Positions 17,637 to 27,709 of a stretch of 64,000 bases of DNA are shown here, one piece after another. Location of the stretch: the NCBI GenBank assembly GCA_038212075.1, contig JBBQUV010000001.1, forward strand, positions 99,200 to 163,199, given 5' to 3'. Both the position numbers and the translations under genes were made by a program. Each line of letters opens with the position of its first letter. The first letter of the stretch is position 1. The DNA comes from Minisyncoccia bacterium (GTDB taxonomy: Bacteria > Patescibacteriota > Minisyncoccia > Phycocordibacterales > Phycocordibacteraceae). Below the pieces are notes generated by a model that searched no databases, was not told the DNA's origin, and saw only the letters and a list, made by a program, of their open reading frames with translations.

Positions 17637-18737
17637 CTACCCCTTCTTTTTGCGGGTTGACGCGATATTGAGGATAATTCCGACCGCGGCAAGGGCGGTA
17701 AAGAGCGCAGTGCCCCCGTGGGAGATAAATGGAAGAGGTAAACCGGTTAACGGGAGCACGCCAAGCATTGCGCCTATGTTCAAAAAGGCGGAAAGCGTAA
17801 TCATAAGGGTAAGCCCAGCCGCAATGTACGCGCCACCAGCAGTACTGGCTTCTGATGCAATGCGAAAGCCACGAGCGGCAAAGGCGCCAAAGAGAAGAAT
17901 GAGTCCTATTGCGCCCACAAGCCCAAATTCTTCCCCAATAACCGCGAATACCGAGTCGTCCATAGCTTCAGGCAGGTAGTTGAACTTTTGCACGCTTTGG
18001 CCAAACCCGCGCCCGAGTATCCCACCGGATCCAATAGCTATAAGCGACTGCTGGATTTGATACCCCGAAGTATAGGCACTTGCGGCAGGGTGTAAGAAGG
18101 TGTCTACGCGGATCATAAGGTACGGGCGAAAGTGAAGGAGTATGAGCACTCCCACGACCGCCACAGCTATGAGTATGCCAAAGTCACGCCACGGTGCCCC
18201 GGCAAGAAAGTACAAGGCCGTACAGGTAATCCCAAGCACTATCACCGTGGAGGTGTTTGGTTGAAGAATAAGGAGTATGCAGGGTACGCCCAAAATGAAT
18301 AAAAAAGGCAGAAGACCCGAACGCCATGAAGAGATCTTCCCTTTTGCATGTGCCAAATAGCCACCGAGCATTAAGATAGTGGCGACTTTTAGAAATTCTG
18401 CCGGCTGAAGCGTGGCAAAGCCAAGGTCAAGCCAGCGAGTGGCACCGTTGGTGTGTACGCCAACGTGCGGCACAAACACCAGTGCCGTAAGCGCAAGAGC
18501 GCCAAGGTATACCGGCACCGTGGCCTTCGCAATAATCTTGCTTGGCGTAAAGCGCAAAATAAGAAGCGCGATAATGCCCGGAATAAGGCCGAGGAGAAGC
18601 TGAGTAATGAATATGTGTGCGACCGAAGCGTTCTCGCGAGCAAGGAGTCCGAGCGACGCAGAGAAGAACATGGCGAGCCCGCCAAACACCAGCACCGCGA
18701 CGATGAGTACAAAAACTTTATCGCCAAGGAGCTTCAT
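17637..18737 (-). CDS. ftsW: SEDS-family peptidoglycan glycosyltransferase FtsW
   Basis: NGATRW, QPAEFLK, YQIQQSLIAIGSGG, LPEAMDDSVFAVIGEEFG, PLTGLPLPFISHGG; next to mraY. Confidence 0.88.
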   Translation of the reverse strand: MKLLGDKVFVLIVAVLVFGGLAMFFSASLGLLARENASVAHIFITQLLLGLIPGIIALLILRFTPSKIIAKATVPVYLGALALTALVFVPHVGVHTNGATRWLDLGFATLQPAEFLKVATILMLGGYLAHAKGKISSWRSGLLPFLFILGVPCILLILQPNTSTVIVLGITCTALYFLAGAPWRDFGILIAVAVVGVLILLHFRPYLMIRVDTFLHPAASAYTSGYQIQQSLIAIGSGGILGRGFGQSVQKFNYLPEAMDDSVFAVIGEEFGLVGAIGLILLFGAFAARGFRIASEASTAGGAYIAAGLTLMITLSAFLNIGAMLGVLPLTGLPLPFISHGGTALFTALAAVGIILNIASTRKKKG

Positions 18738-18741
18738 CCTG

Positions 18742-19800
18742 TTATTTTAACAGAGCAAGTGAAAGACCGAACGCTCCCGCGATGATAGTAATGATCCAAT
18801 ATCGCATGGTTACTTTGTATGCTGGCCAGCCAAGTGCTTCAAAGTGGTGATGAATAGGAGCAACGCGAAAGAGTTTCCGTTTGAAAACCACTTTCCAGAA
18901 TACCTGCAACATACTTGAAACTACCGTTGCGGTAAGGGGAAACGCGAGAATGGGAAGAACAAAAACACCAACGCCCCCACCAAGAGTGTCTGCCGTAAAT
19001 GCGGTTACGGTAAGGGCAAGCGTAAGCGCCATACTCCCTGTTTCCGATAAATAAAAGCGCGCGGGCGGAACGTTAAACCAAAGAAATGCGAGAAGCGCAC
19101 CGGTAACGGCGGCAGAAAAACCCGCAAGCGAGTACTGGCTTTGCATAAAAGCGATACCTGCGTAGGTCATAAAAATAAAAGCAAATACCCCACCAGCAAG
19201 CCCGTCGATGCCATCTATGATGCCGCCAGCGTAAATGAAGAGTGCAACAAGAATGAAGAAAGGAATGAAAAAGACACCAAGATGAAGTGGTTCTGCAAAA
19301 GGAATACCAACAGAATCGACCGCAAGCTTGGTGTAAAACCACCACCCAGAAAATGCCGCAATGCCGCCAACAATAGAAAGACGAATGCGAAGCGGAAGCC
19401 CACCAGCACTCTTCGTTATTTCAAGTATGTCATCAACTAAACCAACAAGCGCACCACCAAGAAGTGCAAACAAAGGAAGCCATGTTTGACTGCGCGAAAT
19501 GAAATCAAGCGTATTAAAGGGTTGACCAAAGATTTTGCCAAGAACAGAAAGAACACCTGCGGTAATGAATACAGAAACCCAAATGAGAATGCCACCCATT
19601 CGTGGAGTAGATGTTTCGCGCTCGCGATGCATTTCGTCAAAGATAGGTGTGCCTCCGCCACCAATGCCCTTTCCCTTTCCACCCACTTTCTTCCACGCGC
19701 AGTAGTGGTAGAGGTAGTGCGTAAGAATAGGCGCGAAGGCAATGCCTATGGCAAAAGCGAAGACAGCAGGAATAAGTACGCGGGCGGCGTCGACGATCAT
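18742..19800 (-). CDS. mraY: Phospho-N-acetylmuramoyl-pentapeptide transferase
   Basis: TPRMGG, GLVDD, DGIDGLA, FLWFNVPPARF, APIHHHFE. Confidence 0.95.
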   Translation of the reverse strand: MIVDAARVLIPAVFAFAIGIAFAPILTHYLYHYCAWKKVGGKGKGIGGGGTPIFDEMHRERETSTPRMGGILIWVSVFITAGVLSVLGKIFGQPFNTLDFISRSQTWLPLFALLGGALVGLVDDILEITKSAGGLPLRIRLSIVGGIAAFSGWWFYTKLAVDSVGIPFAEPLHLGVFFIPFFILVALFIYAGGIIDGIDGLAGGVFAFIFMTYAGIAFMQSQYSLAGFSAAVTGALLAFLWFNVPPARFYLSETGSMALTLALTVTAFTADTLGGGVGVFVLPILAFPLTATVVSSMLQVFWKVVFKRKLFRVAPIHHHFEALGWPAYKVTMRYWIITIIAGAFGLSLALLK

Positions 19801-20741
19801 GGGGTGGGTGGCATGACGCCAGCAAAGTGTGCGAGTGTTGCGGCAATAAGTGCATCAACATCGGTAAAACGAGCGTCGCGCGTGGAGCCAAGTGTTACCA
19901 CCGCAATGGGGTGATTGATTCCGGAGTCGAATACCACCACAAGATTGCCGCCAGCAAGATCGGTGAAGCCGGTTTTGGAAAGAAGTGGGTTTGGGAAGTG
20001 GTCTACCGCAATGTCGGTATTAAGAAGCGTATGGGTTTTGCCGGCAAGAGACTGTACGGTGACCGACGTTTGGGTGGTTGCTTGAGCAATCTCCGGTGCT
20101 TTTGTAAGAAGTGCACCGGCAAGGCGGGCAACGTCGTGCGCTGAACCGTATCCACCGGAAAGAACGGCGCTTGTATCAAGCCCAGTGCCGTTTAATGCAT
20201 AGGTTTGGGAAAGTTCTGCCGCGGCGGCGGCACGGCGAAGCAATTGCTCAGTACTTTCGGAGCGGCTTTTTACTGCGGCTTCAGCAATTGCTTCTGCGGC
20301 ATCGTTGCTTGACGCAACAAGCGCAAGACGAGCGATGTCACCAAACGCAAATGTTTCGCCACTGGTGAGACCACTGTCACCTTCCTGCGCTACGGCCTGT
20401 GCGCTCACGGTTATTGGTGTTTTTAACGAAAGCGTATCTGCCGCCGCATAGGTGGTGAGAAGTTTCGTAAGCGAAGCAAGGGGAAGCTGTGCGTCTGCGT
20501 TGCGTTCATACAAAGTGAGTCCTGTCGTGAGGTCGTATACAATTGCCGCTTTTCCAATAAGTTTTATGTTTGCATACGCATCGGGTGCGGGTGTGACCGT
20601 TACTGCCACAATGGGCACGTGTTTTGCGGGAAAGAAAAACACAAGGCCACCAAGAAGCAGTGCGCAAAACAAGAGTGCTACACCAAGCTGTTCTCGGTCG
20701 TGCTCGTTATCCAGAAACGCTTTTAGTTCAGAGAGATTCAT
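19797..20741 (-). CDS. D-alanyl-D-alanine carboxypeptidase (S11)
   Basis: SLTK (SxxK), SSN (SxN), KTG motifs; N-terminal TM. Confidence 0.9.
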   Translation of the reverse strand: MNLSELKAFLDNEHDREQLGVALLFCALLLGGLVFFFPAKHVPIVAVTVTPAPDAYANIKLIGKAAIVYDLTTGLTLYERNADAQLPLASLTKLLTTYAAADTLSLKTPITVSAQAVAQEGDSGLTSGETFAFGDIARLALVASSNDAAEAIAEAAVKSRSESTEQLLRRAAAAAELSQTYALNGTGLDTSAVLSGGYGSAHDVARLAGALLTKAPEIAQATTQTSVTVQSLAGKTHTLLNTDIAVDHFPNPLLSKTGFTDLAGGNLVVVFDSGINHPIAVVTLGSTRDARFTDVDALIAATLAHFAGVMPPTP

Positions 20742-21276
20742 TGTTGCTTGCTTCAGCGGCCACTTCTACTTCTTTTGAAAGTTCTGCAAAACGTGGAAGA
20801 TCTTCTTTGCGAGAGACACCAAGGTGCGCGAGTGCCTCACCAGTTGCACGATAGTTAAACTTTCGTTTGTCAGAAGGGTCTTCAACACGTTCAACCAGGC
20901 CGCGCAGAAGGAGTGAGCGAAGAATTTGTGAAGAGTTTACGCCACGAATCCAGTCTATGTCGCTTCGGGTAGCTCCTTCTCGGTAGAGAGTAACGGCAAG
21001 TGCTTCAAGTCCCGCCTTTCCCAAATCTTTACTCAGTTCCCCTTCGCGAAGTTTCTTCACAATATCGCCGGCGTCTGGGCTGGTGCGAAGCTCTAGTTCT
21101 TCCGCACTTTCCACGAGCGTGATGCCGCGATTTTCTAACTGTGCACGAAGGTCGGTTACCGCTTCGCCAATAGCCGCTTCGGTGGTGTGGAGAAACTGCG
21201 CAAGTTTTTTCTTGGTCACCGGTTCACCGGAAGCAAAAAGTACTGCCTCAAGAGCTTGTGCATGCGAAAGCGCCAT
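20728..21276 (-). CDS. scpB: SMC-Scp complex subunit ScpB
   Basis: LEAVLFASGEPV, TRSDIDWIRGVNS, LLLRGLV. Confidence 0.93.
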   Translation of the reverse strand: MALSHAQALEAVLFASGEPVTKKKLAQFLHTTEAAIGEAVTDLRAQLENRGITLVESAEELELRTSPDAGDIVKKLREGELSKDLGKAGLEALAVTLYREGATRSDIDWIRGVNSSQILRSLLLRGLVERVEDPSDKRKFNYRATGEALAHLGVSRKEDLPRFAELSKEVEVAAEASNNESL

Positions 21277-21341
21277 ATCATTTCATTTTAGCCTGCTTAC
21301 ACCCATACAGCCACCCAAATGAATGGGGACGAAAGGACGGC

Positions 21342-21370
21342 TTGATGTGAGGTATAATTTGTGTTATTAT
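21342..21370 (+). promoter_or_regulatory. Sigma70-type promoter
   Basis: TTGATG-N17-TATTAT with TGn. Confidence 0.6.
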
Positions 21371-21400
21371 AATTAACGAAACAGTGCACAAGGATGCAAA

Positions 21401-21916
21401 ATGGGTCTTTCAATTCAGGTGCGAGATTTGGTTCTCGCTCTTCCACAAGGCATGGGCTCCGGTGGAGACCTGCTGATACTTGAAATCGTGAAGCATACGG
21501 TTTCTGAAAACGAACCGTTACGCGCGAGCGTAACGGTCAGGGCAACCATGGTGGTGCCGCTTGAGCCGGAGTTGCAGGTGTGTGAGGTGCAGATCGACTT
21601 CACCCAGGACATCACCACTCGCAACATTACGATGCGAACGCGTCACCCTATCAGCGTGGCTGGTCTTGAAGACAGGGTTACCGATTACATCGATACCCTG
21701 AACGTCAAAAGCAGTTGCATCGCACGGTTTTCGTGCGGCTTCTACGGCACCACCGCAATGATGTTTGCGGACTGGACACTTCCCGGCGAAATCAATGCAT
21801 CCGTCGATTTGGCGGTTGTTGCGGAAGTTGTTGGAACGTCGCTGGTAAAAATTGTTGCGGAAGGGCTCCGCGAAATGGGAGCGATCAACAAGATGACATC
21901 CGCCGGACTGCACTAA
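21401..21916 (+). CDS. Hypothetical protein between scpA and scpB
   Basis: 171-aa ORF with promoter, AAGGA SD and downstream hairpin. Confidence 0.65.
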   Translation: MGLSIQVRDLVLALPQGMGSGGDLLILEIVKHTVSENEPLRASVTVRATMVVPLEPELQVCEVQIDFTQDITTRNITMRTRHPISVAGLEDRVTDYIDTLNVKSSCIARFSCGFYGTTAMMFADWTLPGEINASVDLAVVAEVVGTSLVKIVAEGLREMGAINKMTSAGLH

Positions 21917-21940
21917 AACGGAATAGGTACGGTGCGAAAC

Positions 21941-21968
21941 GAGGACTACGTTATGCGTGGTCCTCTTT
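21941..21968. terminator. Hairpin between convergent genes
   Basis: GAGGACTACG-ttatg-CGTGGTCCTC followed by TTT. Confidence 0.65.
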
Positions 21969-21972
21969 CACA

Positions 21973-22713
21973 TTAATACTGCGGAATCGACGTGGATGTA
22001 TTGGTAATATTGATTTCGGCAAAATTTGCTCCTTGCGCGACGTCTATGGCACCCTGTTTTACTAGTTCGAGCATCGCGAGAAATGAAACGATAACTTCCA
22101 CTCGGCCTGCGGCATCTCCGGCAAAGTCTTTAAAAGAAAGCGTGAGTGCTTTTTGGACGCGGTTCAAAAGAGTATCCATCATTTCCTCAATGGTAATGGT
22201 AGTCTGCACGCGAGTTTCAGGGAGTGTTACTTCTTTTTCTAGCGCTTGGAGCGCGGCGGCAAGGGCACTGGAAAGTGCTGGGAGTGTAAGGTCTTTGCTT
22301 GGGCCAAATACCGGTTCCTGTGCTTTTTCTCCCGCAGATACAAGCACATTTCTGCCAAAGAGTTTTGAAAGTTCCCGTGCCGCTTCGCGCATTTTTTCAT
22401 ACAAAGCCAAGCGACGTTCCAAGTCTGCAATCCCCTCCTCCTCTTCATTTGAAAGTTCTAAATCAGGAATGAGTGACTTGGATTTGATAAGAAGAAGTGT
22501 CGCGGCAACGGCGATAAAATTGGTTGCATCTTCCATCGGGAAGTCAGCCTGTGAGCGTACGTGCTGGATGAATTCATCGGTAACATCCGCAAGCGAAATA
22601 TCGCTCACGTGTAGTTTTCGTTTATCGATTAAGTCGAGAAGGAGTTCAAACGGACCCTCATACGCGGCAGTGCGTACAGTGTAATTAGTTTTCGGAACGA
22701 CGTTTAGTTCCAT
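21973..22713 (-). CDS. scpA: SMC-Scp complex subunit ScpA
   Basis: YEGPFELLLDLI, AATLLLIKSKSLIP, VSFLAMLELVK. Confidence 0.93.
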   Translation of the reverse strand: MELNVVPKTNYTVRTAAYEGPFELLLDLIDKRKLHVSDISLADVTDEFIQHVRSQADFPMEDATNFIAVAATLLLIKSKSLIPDLELSNEEEEGIADLERRLALYEKMREAARELSKLFGRNVLVSAGEKAQEPVFGPSKDLTLPALSSALAAALQALEKEVTLPETRVQTTITIEEMMDTLLNRVQKALTLSFKDFAGDAAGRVEVIVSFLAMLELVKQGAIDVAQGANFAEINITNTSTSIPQY

Positions 22714-24125
22714 TGCTCAATGAATTGTAGCAGAAGACGAACCGGTGCTCCGGCCGCACCCTTGGCAAGTTCGTCGCCCGGTGCCGATGTCATACGGGGC
22801 GCGATATCAAGGTGTGCCCACGGACAGTCAAGTTCTTTGGCAAATTGCCACAGGAACATTCCCCCGTTTATTGCGCCGCCATAGCGGCTTGATGGACCAT
22901 TTCCGGGAACATTCGCAATGTCGGCAAACGTGCCCTTTACCGAGTCTTCATATTCGTCCCAAAGAGGAAGACGCCACAGGTAATCACCAGATGTTTCGCC
23001 GAGCGCGAGTAGTTTTTCTGCAAGCGTGTCACTGCGTGTCATAAGGCCGCTTGCGTGGAGTCCAAGCGCAACCATTGCGGCACCGGTAAGTGTGGCGACA
23101 TCAACCACCACTGCAGGCTTAAAGCGTTTTGCATACGTAATAGCATCCGCAAGAATCAAACGGCCTTCGGCGTCGGTGTTCAGTACTTCAATGGTTTTTC
23201 CGGAAAGCGATTTCAAGATATCACCGGGGCGGTAGGCATTATTTCCCGGCATATTTTCTACCGCAGGAATAAGTCCAATGACGTGTTTTTTCACTTTCAA
23301 TCGTGCGGCGAGTGCGACCGCATGAATGACGGAAGCGGCGCCCGACATATCCATATGCATTTCATAAATACCCGATTCGGATTTCAAATTGAGTCCACCA
23401 GAGTCAAACGTAACGCCTTTTCCGGCGAGTACTACGGGCGCTCCCGGTGCGCCTTTATATTCTAGAATAGTGAAAGTTGGCTCTTCACTTGAACCTTTGG
23501 CTACCCCAAGAACTGCCCCCATTCCAAGCTTTTCCATCTGGGTAGCTGTCAGTGTTTGCACTGATACATTAAGCCCTGCCACAGCCTGTTTTGCGGCTTT
23601 AGCGAGCCCTTTTGGGGTCATATCTCCACCCGGAGTATTGGCGAGCTCTCGACATGCGTTTACCGCTCTTCCGACTTCCTGACCTTTTCTTGCCGCAGAT
23701 TCAATGGAAGGTGAAGATGCGCCACACAGCACTATTTCTTCAACGGTACTCCACCCATCCTTTGGCATGGTTTTGAATGTGGTGAATGCAAAGTTTGCCA
23801 TCTCAAAATTTTCCGCCGCTGTTTGTGACACCCATTCCGCTGTAGCGTTTTGTTTTTGCATTCCTGAAAAGAGTTCCGGAGTGCGGTCAAACTGAATGAC
23901 GATTTTTTTCGCTTTGTGGTGTTTTGCGGTGCGAACAATGGCACGACACAAAATAATGAATGTGCGCATGGTCATATCACTTCCCTTTCCGGCACCAATT
24001 TCTATAGACTGAATGCCATTCTCACGCACACATCGACGCACACTACGATCATCTTCTGTCAGTGCTATGCGTACGTAGTCTTTCGGGGCGTCAGCAATTG
24101 TTTTTTTGGAAAAAAGTAATTTCAT
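22704..24125 (-). CDS. pepA: Leucyl aminopeptidase (M17)
   Basis: GKGVTFDSGG, DMSGAA, NTDAEGRL, DVATLTGA, WAHLDIA. Confidence 0.94.
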   Translation of the reverse strand: MKLLFSKKTIADAPKDYVRIALTEDDRSVRRCVRENGIQSIEIGAGKGSDMTMRTFIILCRAIVRTAKHHKAKKIVIQFDRTPELFSGMQKQNATAEWVSQTAAENFEMANFAFTTFKTMPKDGWSTVEEIVLCGASSPSIESAARKGQEVGRAVNACRELANTPGGDMTPKGLAKAAKQAVAGLNVSVQTLTATQMEKLGMGAVLGVAKGSSEEPTFTILEYKGAPGAPVVLAGKGVTFDSGGLNLKSESGIYEMHMDMSGAASVIHAVALAARLKVKKHVIGLIPAVENMPGNNAYRPGDILKSLSGKTIEVLNTDAEGRLILADAITYAKRFKPAVVVDVATLTGAAMVALGLHASGLMTRSDTLAEKLLALGETSGDYLWRLPLWDEYEDSVKGTFADIANVPGNGPSSRYGGAINGGMFLWQFAKELDCPWAHLDIAPRMTSAPGDELAKGAAGAPVRLLLQFIEQWN

Positions 24126-25525
24126 GCGGATTTTTTCTCAACCTTAAGACCCAATTCTTTGAGCTGTGCGTCGGTAAGCTCTTTCGGAGCTTTCATAACT
24201 GCCGTTTGTCCACCACGAGTCATAGGGAATGCCTGTACTTCGCGCAGGTATGTTTCGCCAGTGAGAATCATAATCATACGTTCAACGCCAAGCGCGATGC
24301 CGCCGTGCGGTGGCGTGCCAAATTTGAATGCTTTAAGCATATGCCCAACACGTTCTTCCAAGTCTTCTTTTGAAAAGCCCATAATTTTGTACGTGGCTTC
24401 CAAAATCTCTGGCTTATGTGCGCGAATAGAACCGCCACCGGTTTCGTAGCCGTTACAAACAAGGTCGTACTGAGTGGTAAGAATGTCACCAATATTTTTC
24501 CCTTCCATAAGCCACTCCACGTGTTCAGGAATGGGCATAGAAAACGGATTGTGAGTGAACGTCCAACCGCCTTCGTTTGTTTTTTCAAAGAATGGAAAAT
24601 TCACTACCCATGCGAACGCCAGCACGCCATTTGTTTTGTCTTCTTCCGTACGCATATCAAATTTGTCGGCGCCATAGGTTTCCATGGCTTCCTTATAGGA
24701 AATGCGAGGAAACGGTGTTTCTTTCAGCGTATGTCCCATCGCCTTAGTGACCACCGTAACCATGTCTTCCACTGCCGCCATAACGTCTTCCATCGTCACA
24801 AATGACATCTCAATGTCTATTTGCGAGTGTTCAAACCCACGGTCAGCACGAAGGTCTTCGTCGCGTACGGCGCGAGCGATTTGAAAGTAGCGTTCGAACC
24901 CTGAAGTCATGAGAAGCTGTTTGTATTGCTGGGGTGATTGCGGAAGTGCGTAGAACTTTCCCGGATTAAGGCGCGAAGGCACCACAAAGTCACGTGAACC
25001 TTCGGGAGTGGATTCCGTCAGAAGCGGCGTTTCTATTTCAGTGAAGTCTTGCGCAAAAAGCTTTTCACGACAGCGACGAACAAACTCGCTCCGTACTTTT
25101 ATATTTTTTTGCATACGTGCAGAACGAAGGTCAAGGTAGCGGTGTTCCAGACGCACCTGTTCATCAATACCGCTTGTGTCAGTGGTGATATCAAATGGTG
25201 GCGTGTCGGATGCATTTAATACCTCGATGTCATGGATTTCAAGTTCAATATCACCGTTTTGTGTATCCGATTGAATATTTTTTGCTGGACGCTCGTTCAC
25301 CGTACCTCGTACCTTCACGACATATTCGTTACGCACTTCTTTTGCAGTGTCCATGGCAGGAGACCCTGGGAGCACTACACCCTGCGCCATTCCTGAACGG
25401 TCACGAAAATCAAAAAAGACCAATTTTCCTTGATCACGACGAACATTCACCCAGCCACAAATGGATACTTCCTTTCCGACCTGTTTTCCAAGATTCCCAA
25501 TGAGTGTTCGTTCTTGTGGTTCCAT
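24122..25525 (-). CDS. aspS: Aspartate--tRNA ligase (lacks GAD domain)
   Basis: OB fold, HRYLDLR, YALPQSPQQYKQLLM, RDEDLRADR, PPHGGIALG. Confidence 0.95.
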   Translation of the reverse strand: MEPQERTLIGNLGKQVGKEVSICGWVNVRRDQGKLVFFDFRDRSGMAQGVVLPGSPAMDTAKEVRNEYVVKVRGTVNERPAKNIQSDTQNGDIELEIHDIEVLNASDTPPFDITTDTSGIDEQVRLEHRYLDLRSARMQKNIKVRSEFVRRCREKLFAQDFTEIETPLLTESTPEGSRDFVVPSRLNPGKFYALPQSPQQYKQLLMTSGFERYFQIARAVRDEDLRADRGFEHSQIDIEMSFVTMEDVMAAVEDMVTVVTKAMGHTLKETPFPRISYKEAMETYGADKFDMRTEEDKTNGVLAFAWVVNFPFFEKTNEGGWTFTHNPFSMPIPEHVEWLMEGKNIGDILTTQYDLVCNGYETGGGSIRAHKPEILEATYKIMGFSKEDLEERVGHMLKAFKFGTPPHGGIALGVERMIMILTGETYLREVQAFPMTRGGQTAVMKAPKELTDAQLKELGLKVEKKSA

Positions 25526-25534
25526 ATAAAAGTA

Positions 25535-26476
25535 TTATGCGACCCCTATTGCCTTACGGACGTGTTTCATTTTTGCTTCAGATACTTCTCGTGCTTTTTC
25601 ACCACCCTCGTGAAGTACGGCGGCAACATCAATGTCGGTGATTGACGCTCGCTTTTCACGCATTGGAGCGATGAAGGTGTCGAGGTCTTCAATAAGAGCT
25701 TCCTTCAAGTCTTTATACTTTCCCTTCTTTTCTTCGTAGAGCGCGTTAAGAGCACTCTCGTCTTTCACAAGCTTATGAATGGCGTAGACGTTTGCAGGAC
25801 GTTCGCCAGAGGAGTCGGTAACAATTCCCATAACCGCTTTCGTCAGTTCTTCTTTTGAACCAAAAAGTGGAATGATGTTGCCATAGCTCTTGCTCATTTT
25901 TTTGCCATCGGTACCAGGAACAACACCAAGACTCTGAAGAATCTTTTCTTTTGGTTCTTTAAAGGTTTCGCTAAATGCTTTATTAAATTTTGCCGCCGCT
26001 TCACGTGCATATTCAAGGTGTTGGCGTTGGTCTTCACCCACGGGCACGACATCGGTGTCATAGAGCAAAATATCTGCCGCCATAAGCATGGGGTACGTAA
26101 AGAGTCCGGCATTTGGCTCAAGACCTTTCGCTACCTTGTCTTTGTAGGCGTGTCCTTGCATCAAAAAGGGAACGGTTACGAGGCAATCAAAAATCCATGC
26201 GAGTTCCGTATGCGCAGGCACGGTTGATTGTTTAAAGATTATGGCCTTTTTGGGGTCCACACCTGCGGCAAGATAATCCTTCACCACTTCAATGGTGTTC
26301 TTGCGAAGTGCCTCTGGGTCGCGAAGCGACGTGAGTGCGTGGTAGTCCACCACCATCAAATAGCTCTGGTGGTCGGCATATACGTCTACAAAAGGCTTCA
26401 GAGCGCCAAAATAGTTGCCAATATGAAGATCCCCCGAAGGCTGAAGCCCAGTCAGCATTATTGGTTTTCCCTGCAT
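25535..26476 (-). CDS. trpS: Tryptophan--tRNA ligase
   Basis: QPSGDLHIGNY, YPMLMAADIL, VPVGEDQRQH, KMSKS. Confidence 0.97.
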   Translation of the reverse strand: MQGKPIMLTGLQPSGDLHIGNYFGALKPFVDVYADHQSYLMVVDYHALTSLRDPEALRKNTIEVVKDYLAAGVDPKKAIIFKQSTVPAHTELAWIFDCLVTVPFLMQGHAYKDKVAKGLEPNAGLFTYPMLMAADILLYDTDVVPVGEDQRQHLEYAREAAAKFNKAFSETFKEPKEKILQSLGVVPGTDGKKMSKSYGNIIPLFGSKEELTKAVMGIVTDSSGERPANVYAIHKLVKDESALNALYEEKKGKYKDLKEALIEDLDTFIAPMREKRASITDIDVAAVLHEGGEKAREVSEAKMKHVRKAIGVA

Positions 26477-26502
26477 ATATAAAGACTATACCAGATAGTC
26501 GA

Positions 26503-26538
26503 AAGCCCCGCGCTGCTGTAATAGCAACCCGGGGCTTC
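26503..26538 (-). terminator. Putative terminator after the CsgG-like gene
   Basis: AAGCCCCG...CGGGGCTT hairpin. Confidence 0.6.
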
Positions 26539-26552
26539 GCTGTAGCTGGTCG

Positions 26553-27494
26553 CTACTTGGCCAATTGGACCAAGAGCGACGAAACCCAGCCGAGATTTCC
26601 AATCTCATCTTTCACTTGCCACCAGAGACCGGACTGCGTCCCTGTTGGGTAGAGTGTGTCACCCACGGAAAGTGAACGGACGACTTTGCCTTTCACCGAT
26701 GGTGTGGCAAAGAGGTGTCCGGGCTTTGTCATCGTCACCGACTGCGGAACATTCGCAGCGGACGCGTCCGTAGGAAGCCCGCCGAGATCGCCGACCAGTT
26801 TGGTGTACGCATCGATATAGGCAAGCGCAACCACTTGGCCGATGTCGGTGTTTTCGTAGGTTCCGGCACCCGCCGCCGCAAATGCGCCGCCGCCGATAAT
26901 GCCACCGCCACCGCCGAAACTCAGGTCGGTTTTTTTACCGTGACCCTGCTCCATCGCTTTTTGTTCGCTTGAACGAACATCGGTGATGGTGAGGACTACG
27001 TCAGCGGTTTTGCTATTCAGCTTCAGTCCGCCGACAATGGCGCCACCGATTCCCGGAATGAGCGCACCAAGAATGCCGAAGATGGCACTGCCACCAGAAT
27101 CGTTGTTTTTTGAAACGATGTCCGGAACCAGAACATAATCGGCCGCCTTGATTTGTCCGCGACCAATGTTTGAGCCGCGCCGGAGCATGCCGCTTGAAGC
27201 AAGGGCACGCTCTTGTTGAGCAACGTCAAAACCGTTGCCACGGTCGAGCAGAGTGAAGCACCCGGACTGCATCACCAATACCTTGATGAGCGCCTCGGGC
27301 GAACCGAGCTGTAGCGGTGTCCACCAGTCGTTCTTTGGCTCGTAGATGGCTACGGTGCCAATTTTGTGGGTGCAGATAGGAATCTGCGCCTGTTTCTTCG
27401 CCGTCGCATTTTCAATGGAATCGGCGAAGGCAGGGGTGATAAGCGTAGACGCAAACACGACCGCGCTTGCGGCCGCACACAGTTTTTTAAACAT
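26553..27494 (-). CDS. CsgG/HfaB-family protein with C-terminal SH3b-like domain
   Basis: Signal peptide; QSGCFTLLDRG, IKAADY, LTITDVRS; C-terminal LYPTGTQSGLWWQVKDEIGNLGWVS. Confidence 0.8.
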   Translation of the reverse strand: MFKKLCAAASAVVFASTLITPAFADSIENATAKKQAQIPICTHKIGTVAIYEPKNDWWTPLQLGSPEALIKVLVMQSGCFTLLDRGNGFDVAQQERALASSGMLRRGSNIGRGQIKAADYVLVPDIVSKNNDSGGSAIFGILGALIPGIGGAIVGGLKLNSKTADVVLTITDVRSSEQKAMEQGHGKKTDLSFGGGGGIIGGGAFAAAGAGTYENTDIGQVVALAYIDAYTKLVGDLGGLPTDASAANVPQSVTMTKPGHLFATPSVKGKVVRSLSVGDTLYPTGTQSGLWWQVKDEIGNLGWVSSLLVQLAK

Positions 27495-27621
27495 GACAAA
27501 TACCTCAGGTTGGTTGGTTTCAGGCGTCCGTTTACACAATGCAATATTTTCTATGAAATATCCATAGGCGGCAACAATCTTGTTTCAAATTTTGCCTTAA
27601 TTTGTTATACTCCTGAACATT

Positions 27622-27704
27622 GCGTCGGTGGTAGAGTGGTCAATTACAACAGGCTGTAAACCTGTCGGCTTCGGCCTACGAAGGTTCGAATCCTTCCCGG
27701 CGCA
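27622..27704 (+). tRNA. tRNA-Tyr(GTA)
   Basis: Acceptor GCGTCGG/CCGGCGC, ACAGG-CTGTAAA-CCTGT, long variable arm, GAAGG-TTCGAAT-CCTTC; CCA not encoded. Confidence 0.96.
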
Positions 27705-27709
27705 CTAAA

